From NCBI GenBank assembly GCA_963796275.1, contig CAWCKY010000006.1:1696001-1760000 (forward strand): a DNA stretch of 64,000 nucleotides, given 5' to 3'. The position numbers and the translations under genes were made by a program. Source of the DNA: an uncultured Acidobacteriota bacterium. Its GTDB lineage: Bacteria; Acidobacteriota; Blastocatellia; RBC074. Positions 60,523-64,000 of this stretch are shown here, in pieces; position 1 is the first letter of the stretch, and every line of letters begins with the position of its first letter. The notes under the pieces are model-generated. The model saw only the letters and a list, made by a program, of their open reading frames with translations, was not told the origin of the DNA and searched no databases.

Positions 60523-61086
60523 ATAGTTACCTTTGCAGGCCCACATTAACGACATCAAAGAACAACCACTTTCACGTGAAGAGAAGGCTAGAAATGATGC
60601 TGAAGAGGCACACTTTTCTCAAGCACCCACTACATAAACAGGGGGAAAAGGAAAGGTCATCTGATAATGGTTTTATGTTCGCGGGCCAATGTGCTAGTGA
60701 AAGCGGTTGCTCAGCGCGAACATAACATAAAACGGCATTATCGGACCCGAACAAGGTGCTTGATATGGTAAAGCACCTGACAAACATGAAAGAATGAAAT
60801 GCTCATAAGAGCATGTGGAGACTTTTCGGTTGACTGTTTAATTAGATATAGTATTTATCTAGCTACCCATCTTGAGCAGTTGATCTTCACTTGCGTCCGT
60901 GGGATCAGCTGTGAAGAGGGGCTTTCTTCTTCATAGGCAGAGCTAGAGCCATTACCATCTCTTGGATATCCTCACGGGCAAGACGACCAACTTCCTCATT
61001 TCTTACATCAATAGAAATAGAAAAGCCTTCTGATACGTTAGCTGACTGCCGGCCTCACGTCAGATTTGAGCCAAGGAGCACTCCCC

Positions 61087-61453
61087 ATGAATAATTATTG
61101 TCATTCCTGCGGCCCGATTGATGGATTCGTGTATCCAGACCTAAAGAAGTTAAAAGACACAGCGGCAAAATCACATCTCAATCAATCTCCTCTCTCCTGT
61201 TCGATATGTGTCTGCGATTTATTGATCGAATGTCAAATAGAACGGGAAGGATCAGTATCTCTGCCAAATCTCACTCGCACTCAGCAAGTTGAGCCGGCAA
61301 GAGCGGCTGTTATACCAACTTTGGTTTATATCTGAGCTAGATGCTAAGGAGATAGCTGCTCTCTTCAGGACCGAAGTCAAGATAATCTACAGACGCAAGC
61401 AAACACTTGTTTGCAAACTCATGAGGCTCGTGCAGAACTTCCGAGGTCGCTAA
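61087..61453 (+). pseudogene. Deleted copy of the Zn-ribbon ECF sigma gene
   Basis: MNNYCHSC start is retained. About 360 bp covering region 2 are missing at ~61276, which puts region 4 out of frame. Confidence 0.85.
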
Positions 61454-61835
61454 AGAAAAATTTCGCTGGCGAAGGTGAATTTACCCGCGAAATGTCTCTA
61501 TATACATGAAAGGTCAACAAACTGTCGGCGAGAGGTAGGTTACTCTTTGCTCGATCAGACAGTATGGAATTGCGACTGAGCGATGTTTCGCTCAGTAAGA
61601 TGTGGTGTGCGCGGTTACCGGTTGACCGCCGAGTTAACGGGATTAGCGGCAGCGCGGAGGCTGCTGGTAATATCCCAAACCACGGATCATCATTCGCCTA
61701 CCCATCGTATCGGGGAAAATCAGTGATCAATTCCCGAGCAGTTAGTATTTACTCCCATAACACATTCATTTGGGAAACCCGGCATGTCGCTGGCGATAAC
61801 AGCCGCCGCAAGACATGCCATTGAAGAGGTAGTGA

Positions 61836-64000
61836 ATGCGAAGACAACATCTCCCCATCCTGACGGTATCGGCCTTTGGCTTAATCGCTATCTCTATCAT
61901 CCTGGCTGGAGCCTGGGAGATTCTTCCCGGAGCGCTCTCGCAAACCCCGGCTAACGCCACGCAAGAGCAAGTCTCGCCCGCCGAACTCGCGGGGGCCGTC
62001 GCAGAGCAGAGACTGGCCGCCGCACTGCTGACCCGCAGCGCCTCATTCGACGAAAGATTCAACAAATTGAGCGAGAGAGCGCTGAGGAAGGGAACCGTGC
62101 CGTTGATCCTCAGGGTGCGGGCCGCGTTTCAGCCCGAAGGCCAACTTTTGAATGCGGCACAACGATTGGCGCAGCGCAGCGTAATCCAAGAAGCGCAGGA
62201 GCGATTACTGGCCGAGCTAAGGTACGTGCCGTCATCGCTCAAGAGATATAAATATATTCCTTACCTTGCGGCGGTGGTCGATACCGCAGGCCTGGCACAG
62301 CTCCAATCATCGGGCAATGTGTTGGAAGTGATCGAGGACAGGTCGCTGAAATTGACCACGGGGGATAGCCTTCCGCTGGTGGGAGCGACAACGTCCTGGG
62401 CCGGCGGATATACGGGGAACAATAAGACTATCGCCATCCTCGACAGCGGTGTGGACAAGACACATCCGGATTTAACAGGCAAGGTCGTCTCCGAAGCATG
62501 TTACTCCACCGGCAATCTGACAGATTACGAATCCCTTTGCCCGGGCGGAGGTCCATCTTCCACAGCGGTAGGCTCCGGAATTCCGTGTACCGATGTGCCC
62601 GGCCTGGTGGGCGGCTGCTACCACGGAACCCATATCGCGGGAACGGCGGCAGGGCGAACGGGTGTCGCCATTAACGCGAACATCATCTCCATTCAGGTAA
62701 TGTCACATGTTACCGATCAGTTTGAATGCGGCAACGAGAGTTGTCTGCGAGCGAAAACCTCCGACACTTTGCTTGCCCTGGAGCGCGTTTATGAACTGAG
62801 CAGCAACCCCACATACAATATCGCTGCGGTTAATATCAGTCTGGTGACCGACGCCCCCATGGAAAAATATAGTGACCACTGCGACGAGGTAGACAGCTCG
62901 CTTACGGCCATTATCAATCAGTTGAAGTCGGTGGGGATCGCCACGGTAGTCGCAGCCGGCAATTATGGCTTTACAGACGGTCTAAGTTTTCCCGCCTGTA
63001 TCTCATCCGTCATCAACGTCGCCGCCACGGGGGACGGCAGCAGTTCAGGGACGACTACAGATAGGGTGATTCCCGATTCAAACAGTGCTGATTTTCTCAA
63101 GCTGCTTGCCCCCGGCGGCGCCATCACCGCGCCCATACCGGGCGGCGGATACGCTACCGGAGTGGGCACTTCGCAGGCGGCGGCTCACGTGTCGGGAGCC
63201 ATGGCCTTACTAAGGCAAGAACTTCCCATCGGTGCTAATAATACTGTTTGGTTTGATGATGGCTTGCCTGCGGGCGCCACGCCGTGGCCTGCCGACACTG
63301 CGACTGGAGGCGTGGTTGAATCATGGAACTGGGTGACGGCAAATCCGGCGCCAAACTCCGGAACTCAGTCACATCAATCGTCCGTGGCGCCAGGGATACG
63401 ACAGCATTACTTTATGGGCGCTACATCTAGGTTACAGGTAGGGACAGGAGAAATGCTCTATGCCTGGGTCTATCTTGATCCGGCAAGTATGCCTTCTGAA
63501 ATAATGCTCCAATGGAATGACGGTGCGAGCTGGGAGCATCGAGCATATTGGGGGGCGAATATCATAGGTTGGGGTCAAGATGGAACACCAGCGCGGATAA
63601 ATATGGGGAGGCTGCCGGAAGCTGGGAGATGGATCAAGTTGGTAGTTCCCGCTCATGCGGTTGGGTTGGAAGGTGTAGCAGTAAATGGAATGGCATTTTC
63701 ACAATATGGAGGGCGAGTGACATGGGATCAGACGGGAAAAGCCTCCGCGTCAGTTGACGATTTACTGACTCTATTAAGAAGCACTGGCGTGCCAGTGACA
63801 GATACACGCCCTGACGCAAATAATCGCTCTGTGCCGCGGATCAGAATCGGCGCGGCCATGGGTATAAATCCGCCGGATGAAAGTTGGCTCGGAGCATATT
63901 TCAATAATCCCGATTTGACGGGAGAGCCGGTATTGGTAAGAAACGACGGCATGGGATTCATCGACCGTAATTTTGGTGAGGCGAGCCCCGCTCCCGGAAT
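61836..64000 (+). CDS. Second S8 subtilase-PA14 protein, partial (runs off right edge)
   Basis: Near-identical to the 50898 gene from ATG 61836, with the catalytic triad intact. Absent from the ORF track because no stop lies in the window. Confidence 0.9.
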   Translation, partial: MRRQHLPILTVSAFGLIAISIILAGAWEILPGALSQTPANATQEQVSPAELAGAVAEQRLAAALLTRSASFDERFNKLSERALRKGTVPLILRVRAAFQPEGQLLNAAQRLAQRSVIQEAQERLLAELRYVPSSLKRYKYIPYLAAVVDTAGLAQLQSSGNVLEVIEDRSLKLTTGDSLPLVGATTSWAGGYTGNNKTIAILDSGVDKTHPDLTGKVVSEACYSTGNLTDYESLCPGGGPSSTAVGSGIPCTDVPGLVGGCYHGTHIAGTAAGRTGVAINANIISIQVMSHVTDQFECGNESCLRAKTSDTLLALERVYELSSNPTYNIAAVNISLVTDAPMEKYSDHCDEVDSSLTAIINQLKSVGIATVVAAGNYGFTDGLSFPACISSVINVAATGDGSSSGTTTDRVIPDSNSADFLKLLAPGGAITAPIPGGGYATGVGTSQAAAHVSGAMALLRQELPIGANNTVWFDDGLPAGATPWPADTATGGVVESWNWVTANPAPNSGTQSHQSSVAPGIRQHYFMGATSRLQVGTGEMLYAWVYLDPASMPSEIMLQWNDGASWEHRAYWGANIIGWGQDGTPARINMGRLPEAGRWIKLVVPAHAVGLEGVAVNGMAFSQYGGRVTWDQTGKASASVDDLLTLLRSTGVPVTDTRPDANNRSVPRIRIGAAMGINPPDESWLGAYFNNPDLTGEPVLVRNDGMGFIDRNFGEASPAPG

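Larger units (their letters stand above)
60857..64000 (+). repeat. Copy 2 of the cassette duplication (continues beyond the window)
   Basis: Sequence from atctagctacccatcttgagcagttgatc onward matches 49560 onward. Confidence 0.95.

Noticed and set aside
60523-60850. Orphan RHS tip/immunity module
   Set aside because: No DPxG core remnant or sustained ORF is visible.
61564-61824. 86-aa ORF between the sigma remnant and the second subtilase
   Set aside because: The equivalent frame in copy 1 has an early stop (cggtaa) and the peptide has no recognisable features.
49560-64000. Diversity-generating retroelement explaining the duplicated, variable sequence
   Set aside because: No reverse transcriptase in the window, the repeat is kilobases long, and the differences are not adenine-specific.

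Overview
64 kb of moderately GC-rich bacterial DNA. The gene content suggests Acidobacteriota (inference from three Oar-like TonB-dependent receptors, an acidobacterial-type VWA protein and many REP-like palindromes). Left half (1-27 kb): an SPFH-HTH/zinc-ribbon gene pair, an ~83-bp tandem palindromic repeat array, an ELWxxDGT propeller, TonB receptors, a MetE-like / AprA-MT1-like methyltransferase / amidohydrolase cluster and a heavily frameshifted CocE/NonD hydrolase. Centre (27.5-47.6 kb): four tandem, probably exported PPC-TPR-CHAT (caspase-like) proteases with 9/3/11/13 TPR units, then a double-zinc-finger transmembrane anti-sigma-like gene and a Ser/Thr kinase. A long sigma-70/ECF-like gene and a second anti-sigma paralog are transcribed divergently. 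This is a candidate caspase-controlled transmembrane signalling system. Right (49.5-64 kb): a tandemly repeated ~10.9-kb cassette of Zn-ribbon ECF sigma, subtilase-PA14, signal-peptide RHS toxin and immunity gene. The second copy has a deleted sigma and a near-identical subtilase that starts to diverge at the PA14 domain. No rRNA, tRNA, CRISPR array or transposase was recognised. Several single-base frameshifts may be assembly errors. All domain calls come from reading motifs by eye, not from database searches.
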